From: Candidatus Omnitrophota bacterium
GTDB taxonomy: Bacteria > Omnitrophota > Gorgyraeia > Gygaellales > Profunditerraquicolaceae
DNA: 64,000 nt
Reading direction: 5' to 3'
Assembly (NCBI GenBank): GCA_041650835.1
Contig: JBAZKL010000001.1
Coordinates: 101,094-165,093, forward strand
Notes under the pieces: generated by a model
What the model saw: the letters and a program-made list of their open reading frames with translations, nothing else
Told to the model about the DNA's origin: nothing
The model's database searches: none
Program-made: the position numbers and the translations under genes
Shown here: in pieces, positions 18,122 to 28,276 of the stretch
Layout of the letters: each line of letters starts with the position of its first letter
Position numbering within the stretch: position 1 is the stretch's first letter

Positions 18122-19633
18122 TTACAGATCATGTCCACAATACGATAAATTAAAACTTTTATTACACAACGGAAAATCAGAGATCTCCTGGTTACGCATA
18201 GCCATGGCCAGGCCCTGCCAGTTATGGAAGGACGGGTCCTTGATCTTATACCGGCTGAAAGCCCCCTGCCCGTCGGTTATCCCGACATGCATGATCTCTC
18301 CTCTCCAGCCTTCCACCAGGGAAAGAGCCAGCGCCTCCTGCCTCATCAAGCCGACGGGAACCATGATCTCGCCCTTAGGCAAGGCAGGCAGCGCCTTTAG
18401 CAGGAATTCCAGCGAACGCATCACTTCCTGCCGGCGCACCAAAGCCCGCGCGTACACATCACCGGTCGCCGCAAGTGAAATAGGGATATGATAGAACTGC
18501 CACATTCCCGAAGAATACTCGATACGCGCGTCGTGCTCAAGTGAGCTGGCGCGCGCCGCCAGTCCCACCAAACCGAACTTCTTCGCGTTCTTGGCAGAGA
18601 TCACGCCTATCCCTTCAAAACGCGCCAGCACCGAAGGGCGGGTGAATAAAAGCTCACTGACATCCTCAAATTCTTTTTTGTAAGTCTTAAGTTTGCGGCA
18701 AAGTTCATCCGCCATTTTAGCGTCGATATCGAAGAGGACGCCGCCCGGACGGCACAAGCCTTTTCCAAAACGATTGCCCGTGACCGTTAAAAGCAGGTTT
18801 AAATAATCGCCCCGCATGCGGCCGAAATACTCGCTCGTCGGCATAAAACCGGCATCTCGTCCTAACGCGCCCAGGTCGCCCACGTGATTGGCCAAACGCT
18901 CCAACTCCAGGCATACCGCGCGGATCGCCTGCGCCCGTGGTGAGATCGCGCATCCGCAAAGCGATTCCACCACCTCACAAAACGCCGTAGAATGCCCGAT
19001 GGATGTATCTCCGGCAATGGATTCACTTAATCGAACGCTACGGCTCAGATCGCATCCTGCCATCATCGCTTCTATTCCGCGGTGCTGATACCCTAACTGG
19101 ATCTCCAGATGCATCACTTCTTCCCCATGGCACTGGAAGCGGAAATGCCCGGGTTCAATAATACCGGCATGCACCGGGCCGACGCCGACTTCATGGACCT
19201 CTTCTCCATCCATGGCATAAAAAGGGTACGCCCCCGGTATCGAACGCGTTGAGATATCCTTCCAGACATCAGGAGCCCCCCGATAATTAGAGTGATACCG
19301 TAGCGGCTTAAACCAGGGATGTCCCTCGGGAAGGATCGCCCACTGCTCCGCGATCTCACGTTCGAACATGTTCGCCTGAGTGAGCGCCGGAGTCAAAGCT
19401 TCGTAACGCGGATCTTGCGCCGGAATGCGCGCCGAAAGGGCCCGTATCCGGGCTTCATCGTCGAATCCCAATATCGCGAACAATCGAATGTCCCCCCCGG
19501 GCTCAAGGCTTCCAAAAAGGTTTATCAAGCGGGCTTCATGCTGACAACGCCGGATGACTTCCGCGCGAAATTCCTGAACATTGAGTACCGCAATATCATT
19601 CAGCGCGATACGCGCGCCATTGAATAAATCCAT
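18122..19633 (-). CDS. Fused NuoC-NuoD / HycE-like large subunit lacking canonical NiFe-binding cysteines
   Basis: GPVHAGIIEPGHFRF and HRGIE motifs. No N-terminal RxCGxC or C-terminal DPCxxC ligand motifs; the C-terminus reads ...FPLCNKSFNLSYCGHDL. Confidence 0.75.
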   Translation of the reverse strand: MDLFNGARIALNDIAVLNVQEFRAEVIRRCQHEARLINLFGSLEPGGDIRLFAILGFDDEARIRALSARIPAQDPRYEALTPALTQANMFEREIAEQWAILPEGHPWFKPLRYHSNYRGAPDVWKDISTRSIPGAYPFYAMDGEEVHEVGVGPVHAGIIEPGHFRFQCHGEEVMHLEIQLGYQHRGIEAMMAGCDLSRSVRLSESIAGDTSIGHSTAFCEVVESLCGCAISPRAQAIRAVCLELERLANHVGDLGALGRDAGFMPTSEYFGRMRGDYLNLLLTVTGNRFGKGLCRPGGVLFDIDAKMADELCRKLKTYKKEFEDVSELLFTRPSVLARFEGIGVISAKNAKKFGLVGLAARASSLEHDARIEYSSGMWQFYHIPISLAATGDVYARALVRRQEVMRSLEFLLKALPALPKGEIMVPVGLMRQEALALSLVEGWRGEIMHVGITDGQGAFSRYKIKDPSFHNWQGLAMAMRNQEISDFPLCNKSFNLSYCGHDL

Positions 19634-19636
19634 AGA

Positions 19637-21046
19637 TCATACCCCTATCATCGCTACTGCCTCACGCAGGACCTTCTCAAGAGGTGCCGGCATCCACAGG
19701 CCGAGTGAGATCAAGGCAGCGGCGGAAACGGCAATAGCGCTATTCATAAAAAAACTCTCTTTCTTAGCCAGAACCGGTTCTGTCGGCGGGCCGTAAACGG
19801 CTTCCAGGACGATCCTGGCCAACCCGATAAAGATCACGATCAAAGCCGCCACAAATATCCCGGCAAGAAGGTATTGCCTGGATATGATCGCGCCGTTAAG
19901 GATCATCAGTTCGCTATGAAATGTCGCGAACGGAAACATCCCCGTTCCGGCAAACAATGACAGGAGCAAAAACACACCTGTCGCGGGGAACGTATTGATG
20001 ATCCCCTTCACATCATCAACGCGGGATGACCCGTATTTCTGGGCAATAGACCCGGCGGTGAGGAACATAACTACTTTAGCCAAAGCGTTGGTGATCATAT
20101 GGAACAGCGCGCCGAACAAGCCGATCCCCCCCAGGCCAAGCCCTAACACCAGGATACCCATATGTTCAATAGAAGAATACGCGAAAGAGCGTTTGATATT
20201 ATTCTCTCCCAGCATGAACAAAGCCGCGACCAGGAGCGACAAAACGGCAGACACAAAAAGGATAGATGAGTAAAAATTACCGAGATCTGTCTTAAAGCAG
20301 ATCTGACTGACCCGTACCAAAGCAAGAAAAGAACACTGCGTCAACCCTCCGGCCATCAGCACTCCCACCATACCCGTTGCCTGGCCATAGGCCTCCGGCT
20401 TCCAGCTGTGCATAGGCGCCAGCCCCATCTTGCAGCCGTAACCGACTAATAAAAAGATCACGCTCAATTTCAACCAATTGATCGACAATGACGGCGCCGC
20501 GTTCAAGAGAGACGGCAGCAAAAGCGTATGCACATCATGCGCGGCGATGGCCAAAAAGAATGTCCCCATGAGGGCCAGGGCAATACCGACAGAACAAACC
20601 AATAAATATTTCCAGGTCGCCTCCAGCGTCTCCTTGTTACGGTGAAAGCTGATGAGCGGAGCGCTGAAGAGCGTTCCCGTTTCAACCGCTACCCAGAGCA
20701 GCCCCAGATGGTAGCTCACCGCAGTCAATGTCATCGTAGATAATAAAAGTAGTAAACAGGAAATAAAGACCTGGCCGTTCCTCTGCTCATGCCTGAAATA
20801 CCCTATCATGAAAAAAGATACGGACAAAAACAACATGCTGGTTATGGATAAAAAAATAAGCCCTAAGGGATCCAGCACCAAATAACCATTAAATTCAGGC
20901 AGGGGCAACTGCTTCCAGAACGACGCGACGATAATGGCATGAATAACGGATACAGCGAACAAGAGCCACACGCGGAACATTTTGCCCACCGGCAAGAACG
21001 CGGCTAAAGCGCAAACAAAGGGTATCAGCAGAAGGCTCGTCACCAT
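19637..21046 (-). CDS. NuoN/NuoM/MrpD-like antiporter subunit (HyfD/F-like)
   Basis: 469 aa, ~14 TM, with the conserved proton-pumping-subunit topology. Confidence 0.75.
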   Translation of the reverse strand: MVTSLLLIPFVCALAAFLPVGKMFRVWLLFAVSVIHAIIVASFWKQLPLPEFNGYLVLDPLGLIFLSITSMLFLSVSFFMIGYFRHEQRNGQVFISCLLLLLSTMTLTAVSYHLGLLWVAVETGTLFSAPLISFHRNKETLEATWKYLLVCSVGIALALMGTFFLAIAAHDVHTLLLPSLLNAAPSLSINWLKLSVIFLLVGYGCKMGLAPMHSWKPEAYGQATGMVGVLMAGGLTQCSFLALVRVSQICFKTDLGNFYSSILFVSAVLSLLVAALFMLGENNIKRSFAYSSIEHMGILVLGLGLGGIGLFGALFHMITNALAKVVMFLTAGSIAQKYGSSRVDDVKGIINTFPATGVFLLLSLFAGTGMFPFATFHSELMILNGAIISRQYLLAGIFVAALIVIFIGLARIVLEAVYGPPTEPVLAKKESFFMNSAIAVSAAALISLGLWMPAPLEKVLREAVAMIGV

Positions 21047-21699
21047 CAGGAACTTTCTCCCATCTTAGACCGGCTCACCAGCCCCGGGTCATGTTCAAAT
21101 TCTTCGTTAATATGGTTGAGCACAATGGCCATGATAAAGACTGCGACAAAGATATCTAAAAGAATACCCATTTCGATCATGGTCGGCATGGCGTCGAATA
21201 ACGACAGCGCGAACAGGAATATTCCGTTCTCGATCACCAGATACCCGATAACCTGAGTCACTGCCCGTGTGCGGGTCACCATGATCAAAAAACCCAGGAG
21301 CACAGTCGCCAGAGAACACGGCAGGCCCAGGTCCGCAACCGGCAATCCCGGCAGTTGCAACGATGACGATACCCAGAATGCGCCGGCGATCAAGAATCCC
21401 CCGAAGACGATGGAACTGCCCACCCCGATGATCGGATTGATCTCGGAACGGATGGAAATATGGCGGATCGCCCACAACAAAATATACGGGACCAGGATAG
21501 CCTTGAGCACCAGCGTGCCGACCGAGAGGACCAGCTCATGTCCCGATATAGAGTCCGCGTGCAGGAATAACGGCACAAAGCCCAGGACAAAAGACTGCAA
21601 GGCGAAGATGCGGATCATCCCGACAATACGATGAGTCGCCAGGATACTCAAAGAAAAGAAAACGATCAAGATACAGCTCAGGTCAATCCAGGTGGTCAT
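21046..21699 (-). CDS. HyfE/MbhE-like small membrane subunit
   Basis: 217-aa polytopic membrane protein between the NuoH-like and NuoN-like genes. Confidence 0.55.
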   Translation of the reverse strand: MTTWIDLSCILIVFFSLSILATHRIVGMIRIFALQSFVLGFVPLFLHADSISGHELVLSVGTLVLKAILVPYILLWAIRHISIRSEINPIIGVGSSIVFGGFLIAGAFWVSSSLQLPGLPVADLGLPCSLATVLLGFLIMVTRTRAVTQVIGYLVIENGIFLFALSLFDAMPTMIEMGILLDIFVAVFIMAIVLNHINEEFEHDPGLVSRSKMGESS

Positions 21700-21702
21700 T
21701 GC

Positions 21703-22638
21703 CTAAAACCTCCACAATGTCACGATAAGCCCCAAAAATGCCAGGACAAAAGCGATCAACAAAAGGTCCCTGACGCGGTTCAAGCGGATACGCGCCATAG
21801 ACGACTCTAGCAATCCTACCAAAACAGCCAGCCCCAGCATCCCCGCGAAAAAGATCAGCATGTCCAAAAGCGGATGCCCGGTCGGCACAGGAAGAATGAT
21901 CGTAACCAGGATCGCGGCAAAGATCCAAAGTTTGACGGCCGAAGCGTAAAGCAGGTACGCCAGGTCCACCCCGCTGTGGTCAAGTATCATCACCTCATGG
22001 ATCATGGTAAGTTCCAGGTGCGTGTCCGGATCATCGATAGGAATACGGCAATTCTCCGCTAAAAGCACGATAAAAAAACTTGCCATAACAAGAAGTAATA
22101 CCGGGCCCAAAGAAACCCAGGACAAAGGGACATCAGCCCCCAGCATGGCCGACAAGGAAATGCTGCGGCTCAGACACGCCAGCGTAATGATATTCATGAA
22201 CAACGCTAATTCCGATAAACAGGCGAAAAATGCTTCTCTACTGGCGCCCATACCTTCAAAGCTTGACCCGGTATCCAGCGCCGCCGTGATCATAAAAAAA
22301 CGCGTGAGCGCTAAAAGGTAGGCGGCCAGAAAAATGTCACCCGGGAAGCTGAGTGGCGCCTTTGACGCGCCGAAGGGGACCAAAAGCGCCAAAACCAGCA
22401 TAGCGGCGACCGCCACCAGAGGGAACATCCGGAATACCCACGTCGCGCTGCTGCTATAAACACACTTTTTACGCAATAACCTCGCCAGGTCAAAATACGG
22501 CTGGCAGACGCTCGGCCCCACCTTGCCGCCGATAAAAGCCTTGATTTTGGCGGTCACTCCCAGAAAAAGCGGCGCGCAAAGGAGCGCGATAGCCCAATGG
22601 AATACGACCGATAATAACACTAGCAATTCAGGTTTCAT
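21703..22638 (-). CDS. NuoH/HycD-like membrane subunit
   Basis: 311 aa, 8 TM, with the PYFDLARLLRKK motif of the NuoH family. Confidence 0.75.
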   Translation of the reverse strand: MKPELLVLLSVVFHWAIALLCAPLFLGVTAKIKAFIGGKVGPSVCQPYFDLARLLRKKCVYSSSATWVFRMFPLVAVAAMLVLALLVPFGASKAPLSFPGDIFLAAYLLALTRFFMITAALDTGSSFEGMGASREAFFACLSELALFMNIITLACLSRSISLSAMLGADVPLSWVSLGPVLLLVMASFFIVLLAENCRIPIDDPDTHLELTMIHEVMILDHSGVDLAYLLYASAVKLWIFAAILVTIILPVPTGHPLLDMLIFFAGMLGLAVLVGLLESSMARIRLNRVRDLLLIAFVLAFLGLIVTLWRF

Positions 22639-24503
22639 TTCAGTTTCCAGGCTAATAAAAATATCAGGAATAAAAAGATATAAATAAGATACAGCTGGGT
22701 ATAGCGAATGCCTGCATTGTTAACTTTTTTCGAAAGGCCGGTTAAAATTGCCAACCCCGGACGGAAAATTCTCTCTTCAAAGAAATCGTGAACCGATGAA
22801 GACATATGCGTCTTTCCCGGAAAGAGCCCCGTAGCCTGTCCGCCATGACGGCGAAACATCAAGACCAAGCGCACTAAGTCAATGATCGACCGGGCAAAAG
22901 AGGACGATGTATACTGAAAACGCGGCGTCACCTGCGAAAACCCGCAACTCCAGGTTGAGCGGACCGGCATAGGCCGGGGCCCCAGTAATAAACGGCGGAT
23001 GGAGAAGAACACCAGGATCAGGGCTAAGAATATAAAAGCTGAACTGATCACCATGTCGAGCGGGACAAAGACCGCCTGAAGATCGATGCTGGAAATATCG
23101 GTATACGCCAAATAGGCGCCGCCGAGAAAAGTCAAGCGAGCCATAGTTTGAGGCGAAAGCCCGATCCAAACGCAAAGCCCTGCCAAAACTATCATCGGGA
23201 GCAACATCCAACAGGAGGTGTCTTCAGCAACGCTCCCTCTTACAACAGGCGCTCCCGCATTTTGAAGGCATGGCGATGTTTTTCCTTTAACGCTCTCGCG
23301 CGCCTCACCTGAAAACACAACCCCGTAAACCTTGCAGAAACACGCCAACGCCAACGCCCCCATAAGCGCCAGCGAGATGATCCCTAACGAACAAAAGATC
23401 ACACCCGGCAAAGCCAGCCCAAAGACCCCCTGAAAGAGCCCGAAATAAATTATGAATTCACTGATGAACCCGTTAAAAAGCGGCAGGCCGCAGATCGACA
23501 GCGCACCGATCAAAAAGAGCGCGCTGGTCAGCGGCATAGACCGGGTGAGCCCCCCCATACGGTCCATTTCGCCGGTATGAGTCTTTTGGATCACAGACCC
23601 TGCGCCAAGAAACAAAAGCCCCTTGAACAAAGAATGGTTGACGACATGCAACAATGCTCCCCCAAAACCCAAGACCGCAAGCAAGGGGATCCCGTAGCTG
23701 CGCCCCAACATACCAACGCCCAAACCGAGAGCGATAATACCGATATTCTCAATACTGTGATAGGCGAGCAGTTTTTTTAATTCATGCTGGCCCAAGGCGT
23801 ACAAAACCCCCAGAACGCCGCTCACAACTCCTATCACTAAAAGAAGGTATCCGCACCAGTGAGGAAGCACCCCCACGATCCAGAGGACCCGGCAGATCCC
23901 GTAGATCCCCATTTTGATCACGACCCCCGACATCACGGCGGAAATATGCGATGGCGACGCGGGATGGGCGTGCGGCAGCCATATATGAACCGGAACAAAG
24001 CCCGCTTTGACCCCAAAACCCGCCAGGGCCAGGAGAAAGATCATTCCCGCCAAGAACGGCGAAAAAGCCGTACGAAACATAACATCGAAATTCATTGAGC
24101 CGGATATATGGGCCATCAAGAAAAACATAAGAAATAGGAAAAAGGTCGCGCAATGGGAAGCGATAAAATAGATAAAGCCCGCTTTTCGGACAACGGGCTT
24201 CTCGTCGTTAAAAATGATCAGTAAATAGGTGACAATGGTCATCCCCTCCCACGCTCCCAGGAAGAGGATAGCATTGTTGGCGCTGACAATGAGAAAAAGC
24301 ACCATTACCAGCATTATATAAAAGAAGACATGCAGCCCCAGCGGTTTCTTGCCCCAATAAGGCCGCAGATATCCGACGCTGTAGATCCCGGCGCACACAG
24401 AAAGGATAGCGATCGCGATAAGGAACAAGCTGCTCAAAGGGTCAAGCTTCAGTGAAAGCTCACCGCCCGGGACCTGCCAGGCGCGGGTAAGGATCCTTTC
24501 CAT
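22635..24503 (-). CDS. NuoL/HycC/HyfB-like membrane subunit
   Basis: 622 aa, multi-TM, with NuoL-type antiporter-like repeats. Confidence 0.75.
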   Translation of the reverse strand: MERILTRAWQVPGGELSLKLDPLSSLFLIAIAILSVCAGIYSVGYLRPYWGKKPLGLHVFFYIMLVMVLFLIVSANNAILFLGAWEGMTIVTYLLIIFNDEKPVVRKAGFIYFIASHCATFFLFLMFFLMAHISGSMNFDVMFRTAFSPFLAGMIFLLALAGFGVKAGFVPVHIWLPHAHPASPSHISAVMSGVVIKMGIYGICRVLWIVGVLPHWCGYLLLVIGVVSGVLGVLYALGQHELKKLLAYHSIENIGIIALGLGVGMLGRSYGIPLLAVLGFGGALLHVVNHSLFKGLLFLGAGSVIQKTHTGEMDRMGGLTRSMPLTSALFLIGALSICGLPLFNGFISEFIIYFGLFQGVFGLALPGVIFCSLGIISLALMGALALACFCKVYGVVFSGEARESVKGKTSPCLQNAGAPVVRGSVAEDTSCWMLLPMIVLAGLCVWIGLSPQTMARLTFLGGAYLAYTDISSIDLQAVFVPLDMVISSAFIFLALILVFFSIRRLLLGPRPMPVRSTWSCGFSQVTPRFQYTSSSFARSIIDLVRLVLMFRRHGGQATGLFPGKTHMSSSVHDFFEERIFRPGLAILTGLSKKVNNAGIRYTQLYLIYIFLFLIFLLAWKLK

Positions 24504-25187
24504 TTAGGATGCCCTCACGATCTTTGATTCACAGACTTGGAACGTTGCTATGGTCTCTTGAGGACTTGCGCGGCGGATGAGCGCCGATTTCACGGACTCT
24601 TCCTGCAAACAGAAAGCCAGCCGAGACAATAACGACAAATGCCCTTTAAAGGACCCGGTCAGGATCACAAACAAGGTGTGAACCGGCTCCCCGTCAAAAG
24701 CGAAAAAGTTGACCGGCTGTTTCAGGAAAAAAAGCCCGACCACCGCTTCGACGCCGGCAAAGATCACGGGATGTTTGACATGCGGGATGGCGATACCATT
24801 GCCGATCCCCGTCGTTCCGATCTGCTCCCGGGACAAAAGCATCTCCTTTAACGGCGACCGGGGAATATGGGCAGGAAGCGGCAGGAAATCCAAAACCTTA
24901 TCGAGGATCTCCGCAGCAGAGCCTCCCTCAACCCCGGAATGGACACCGCCGCGCATCAAAGCTTGCGTGAAGATATCCAGCCCCGGACGATTCTTTTCGC
25001 AAAGCTTCAAAGCTCCCGGAGTCAAAGGGATATGATTCTTGAGCGCCCACTCCAGGACCTCGGCTGAATTAAAATAATACTGGTCATTGGCCTTGACCGC
25101 AGGCATATTACGGGAATTAAGCCATTGATAAAGCATTTTCTCCTCGATCTCAAAGGCCTTTTCTATATCATGAAACGTCAATTGCAT
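24504..25187 (-). CDS. Fusion of an excisionase-type HTH and a PTS EIIA-2 (PtsN-like) domain
   Basis: N-terminal MerR/excisionase-like HTH. C-terminal GNGIAIPH active-site motif of EIIA-2. The stop abuts the start codon of the NuoL-like gene. Confidence 0.65.
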   Translation of the reverse strand: MQLTFHDIEKAFEIEEKMLYQWLNSRNMPAVKANDQYYFNSAEVLEWALKNHIPLTPGALKLCEKNRPGLDIFTQALMRGGVHSGVEGGSAAEILDKVLDFLPLPAHIPRSPLKEMLLSREQIGTTGIGNGIAIPHVKHPVIFAGVEAVVGLFFLKQPVNFFAFDGEPVHTLFVILTGSFKGHLSLLSRLAFCLQEESVKSALIRRASPQETIATFQVCESKIVRAS

Positions 25188-25247
25188 GCCTCTTCCCCGC
25201 TCCTATCTGACTGCCGGACTCAGCAGGATACCTGACTTAACCGGGCT

Positions 25248-25616
25248 TTACTCTCTTCCTAAACTCTCCAGAAGCTTTTCGCTGCGTTTCAATTTCTTAC
25301 GCAGGAGCTCCGCGATCGGCCGCAGGACATTGAAAATATCATTATCCTGCAAACTGTAATAGACATTCTTTTTTTCCTGGCGGGCCTTCAAGACCCCCAG
25401 CTCCCTTAAGATCGACAGGTGACGCGAAAGGCTGGATTGCTCGACCCCCAATTCCTGCACAAGTTTGCCGACGCTCTCTTCCCCATCTTTAAGATATTCA
25501 ATGATCTGAAGGCGCACCGGATGAGCTAAAGTTTTCAGGAAGTCCGCTTTTATCTTAAATACCATATCATCGATCTTTCGCATAAACCCTTTCTCAATAA
25601 AAGCCGGCGGACACAC
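25248..25616 (-). CDS. ArsR/SmtB family transcriptional regulator
   Basis: LAHPVRLQIIEYL...LSRHLSILRELGVL wHTH signature. Confidence 0.85.
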   Translation of the reverse strand: MCPPAFIEKGFMRKIDDMVFKIKADFLKTLAHPVRLQIIEYLKDGEESVGKLVQELGVEQSSLSRHLSILRELGVLKARQEKKNVYYSLQDNDIFNVLRPIAELLRKKLKRSEKLLESLGRE

Positions 25617-25699
25617 TACCGCGATAATTTATTATTTCAAAACAATCCAATCTATTATATGCAATATCAAACATATGTAAATATATATTTTACATTTCA

Positions 25700-25711
25700 G
25701 GGAACGTTCCC
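25700..25711. promoter_or_regulatory. Palindrome GGGAACGTTCCC (candidate ArsR-family operator)
   Basis: Perfect 12-bp palindrome ~85 nt upstream of the arsR-like start. A near-copy GGGGAACGTCCCC lies at 25838-25850. Confidence 0.4.
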
Positions 25712-25867
25712 CGAGATGACCCCCTTACTCCCTACAACTAACTATATTGCAATCAGTTACAAAGATACTTCCCTATAAAAACTATACCTACCTCTCGTTA
25801 TTTTCCAAATACTTACAACTCAATAGCCTGCTACTTCGGGGAACGTCCCCTGAGGCATTCAGAATTA

Positions 25868-26692
25868 TTACGGGATCAAAATATCCTTTTTCGCGCGTAA
25901 GGCGGGAAATTTCATGCCCAGCGAAGAAAGCTTTTCCACGATTACACTCGATATAATAAGATTACGGTACCAGTTCCTGTTGGCAGGGATAACATACCAC
26001 GGGGCGTATTGCCGACTTGTTGCCTGTATCGCTTTTTCATAGGCGCGCATATAATCGTTCCAGAGCCCGCGGGTATTCAGGTCATCCACGTTAAATTTCC
26101 ATTGTTTCGCGGGATCATCTAATCTTTCCTGGAGGCGCACCTTCTGTTCCTCTTGATCGATATGTATAAAAAACTTCAAGATAATCGCCCCTTCATCAGA
26201 AAGCTCTTTTTCAAAAGCTTTAATATGTTCGTAGCGCTTACGGATAAGCGAAACGCTCACAAGATCTCTTACGAGGGGCACCAAAACATCTTCATAATGG
26301 CTGCGGTTAAATATCGCTATCTGGCCCTTCGCGGGAACGGCATTATGCACGCGCCAGAGATAATCCCTATCCAGTTCATCAGCAGACGGCGCCTTAAAAC
26401 AAGTTACCCGCACGCCCTGCGGATTGACCCCTTTAAACAAATGCTTTATCACCCCGTCCTTTCCTGAGGTATCCATCCCCTGTAAAACGATCAATATCTT
26501 GTAAGCGTGCGTGGCATAGAGCAATTCCTGCAACCTGCTTAATTGTTCCAGATTTTGCTCAAGTATCTTTTCGGCTTTTTCTTTACCGCCCTGAAAGGCG
26601 CTTCTATCTTCAGGGTTGATAGTACGCAAGCGCAAAGCAACAGCTTTTTTTACACGGTACCTCTCGAAATCAACCTTATCATGCTTTTTCAT
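25868..26692 (-). CDS. ppk2: Polyphosphate kinase 2 (PPK2) family
   Basis: GMDTSGKDG Walker A and the RVHNAVPAKGQIAIFNRSHYED lid region. Confidence 0.85.
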   Translation of the reverse strand: MKKHDKVDFERYRVKKAVALRLRTINPEDRSAFQGGKEKAEKILEQNLEQLSRLQELLYATHAYKILIVLQGMDTSGKDGVIKHLFKGVNPQGVRVTCFKAPSADELDRDYLWRVHNAVPAKGQIAIFNRSHYEDVLVPLVRDLVSVSLIRKRYEHIKAFEKELSDEGAIILKFFIHIDQEEQKVRLQERLDDPAKQWKFNVDDLNTRGLWNDYMRAYEKAIQATSRQYAPWYVIPANRNWYRNLIISSVIVEKLSSLGMKFPALRAKKDILIP

Positions 26693-26731
26693 CGACTCCT
26701 CCTGATCTTACGATCACCTGCCTTTTAAGTA

Positions 26732-27649
26732 TCATTCAATCATTTGTTTCTTCATGATCGCCGCTAAGATCTCCTCCGCCATAATGGCGTACCCTTTGGC
26801 GTTGGGATGCGAGTAAGAATACCGCGCAGAAAAACATTCCTCCAGCCGGCCATTAACCATATATTCCTTAAACTTCGCGTAGTTACGGACTATCGCGACA
26901 TTTTTTCTGATCGAGATATTCTCGAGGGCCTTATCAAAGACAAACCCTTTCGGATATTGAGAAAACAAAACATCGATACCGAGTGATCGGGCAAAATCGA
27001 CAAATTCATTCATATTTTGTTCAAAGACAAGGCGGACCGTGTTTAAATGTTTATCTCCCAACCGTTTTTGCGCCTGGAATCCATCGGGATCGGCAAGAGC
27101 GGTTTGTCTTTTAAAATTAGTTTCCGCGACGACGGTTTTATTGGCAAAACATATCGACAACAACTTCGCGGTCCTGGTGCGCATCACTGCCATGGCGCAT
27201 TTCGCCAAAAAAGGATCCATCCGGGAATAAGACACAATTTCCGTATTATCGGCAACATTCCACCAGTCATTCATGCCGGTCATCACGATAACCAGGTTCG
27301 GCTTACCATAACTGCCGGAATTCAAAATGTATTTAAAATAATTACACACCTGCCGTGAATTCGAGCCGGGGATACCGAAGTTAACAACCTTAACATGATT
27401 ACCCGGATATTGTTTCTCACAAAGTTCCTGCAGCGCTTCGGGGTAGCCTTTTTTATTCTCACTCCCGATCCCGTACGTAAATGAATCCCCGAAACAGTAT
27501 ACAAAAAAATCCCCCTTACCTGTTTTCTTTGCCGCAGCCAGGTCCTTATGATAGAAAAAGCCGATGATCCAAAGCGATGCCTCTACCATGCTTACAAATA
27601 AAACAAGCGCGGCTAAGCTAAGAAGGAGACCTTGAACGATTTTTCGCAT
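26732..27649 (-). CDS. SGNH/GDSL hydrolase family protein
   Basis: N-terminal TM/signal anchor, FGDSFTYG (GDSL block I) and GMNDWW. Confidence 0.65.
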   Translation of the reverse strand: MRKIVQGLLLSLAALVLFVSMVEASLWIIGFFYHKDLAAAKKTGKGDFFVYCFGDSFTYGIGSENKKGYPEALQELCEKQYPGNHVKVVNFGIPGSNSRQVCNYFKYILNSGSYGKPNLVIVMTGMNDWWNVADNTEIVSYSRMDPFLAKCAMAVMRTRTAKLLSICFANKTVVAETNFKRQTALADPDGFQAQKRLGDKHLNTVRLVFEQNMNEFVDFARSLGIDVLFSQYPKGFVFDKALENISIRKNVAIVRNYAKFKEYMVNGRLEECFSARYSYSHPNAKGYAIMAEEILAAIMKKQMIE

Positions 27650-27790
27650 TTTCCGCTATTAATAAAAAGAAGAGTTATTTTCTTGCGTTCTAAAGCTTCA
27701 TTTTTCCTTAATTATACAGCCTGCTTCCCTAAATGATAAGAGATTTCTTTAGAAAACAAAAAAAGGGATAATTTTATTTAAATATTAGGG

Positions 27791-28276
27791 TTATTTGCTC
27801 TGGAAGAATTTCTTAAGAGCGTAGAACAGCAAAACGAGCGCTAAAGAAAGAATTCCCGCGAGGATCTTTCTCCTGCTCACTGAATGGATAACTGGATTTC
27901 CCGGGATCACTTTCTTTATGGCGACGGCGTGAATATCCAGATCTCCCCCATGTTCAAGGCAGCTGCGATGGAACGTCCCGGAAATTTCCACAACATCTCC
28001 CTTATTATGGTAATCCCCGCCATGAAGGATATCTTTAACCATGTTTTTTGGAGCCCAGATACCGATTGCAATTGAGCCGTCATTCACATGCAGCCATGCG
28101 TAATCTCCCCGGGCCATTACTTCACCGACAACTTCTCCCTTATAGCTGACAATTGAGCCGTCATACTGCTGAGTGTTATTTATCAAATCCAAACCCGCAG
28201 CTGCCTGGGAATAAACGGGAGTAGCGGAAAGCATCAATACCAAAAACAACACCGGACAAAAGAAAAGACTTTTCAC
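27791..28276 (-). CDS. Exported hypothetical protein (signal peptide plus C-terminal TM)
   Basis: Signal peptide ...VYSQAAAG. Start codon overlaps the trkH stop. Confidence 0.45.
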   Translation of the reverse strand: MKSLFFCPVLFLVLMLSATPVYSQAAAGLDLINNTQQYDGSIVSYKGEVVGEVMARGDYAWLHVNDGSIAIGIWAPKNMVKDILHGGDYHNKGDVVEISGTFHRSCLEHGGDLDIHAVAIKKVIPGNPVIHSVSRRKILAGILSLALVLLFYALKKFFQSK

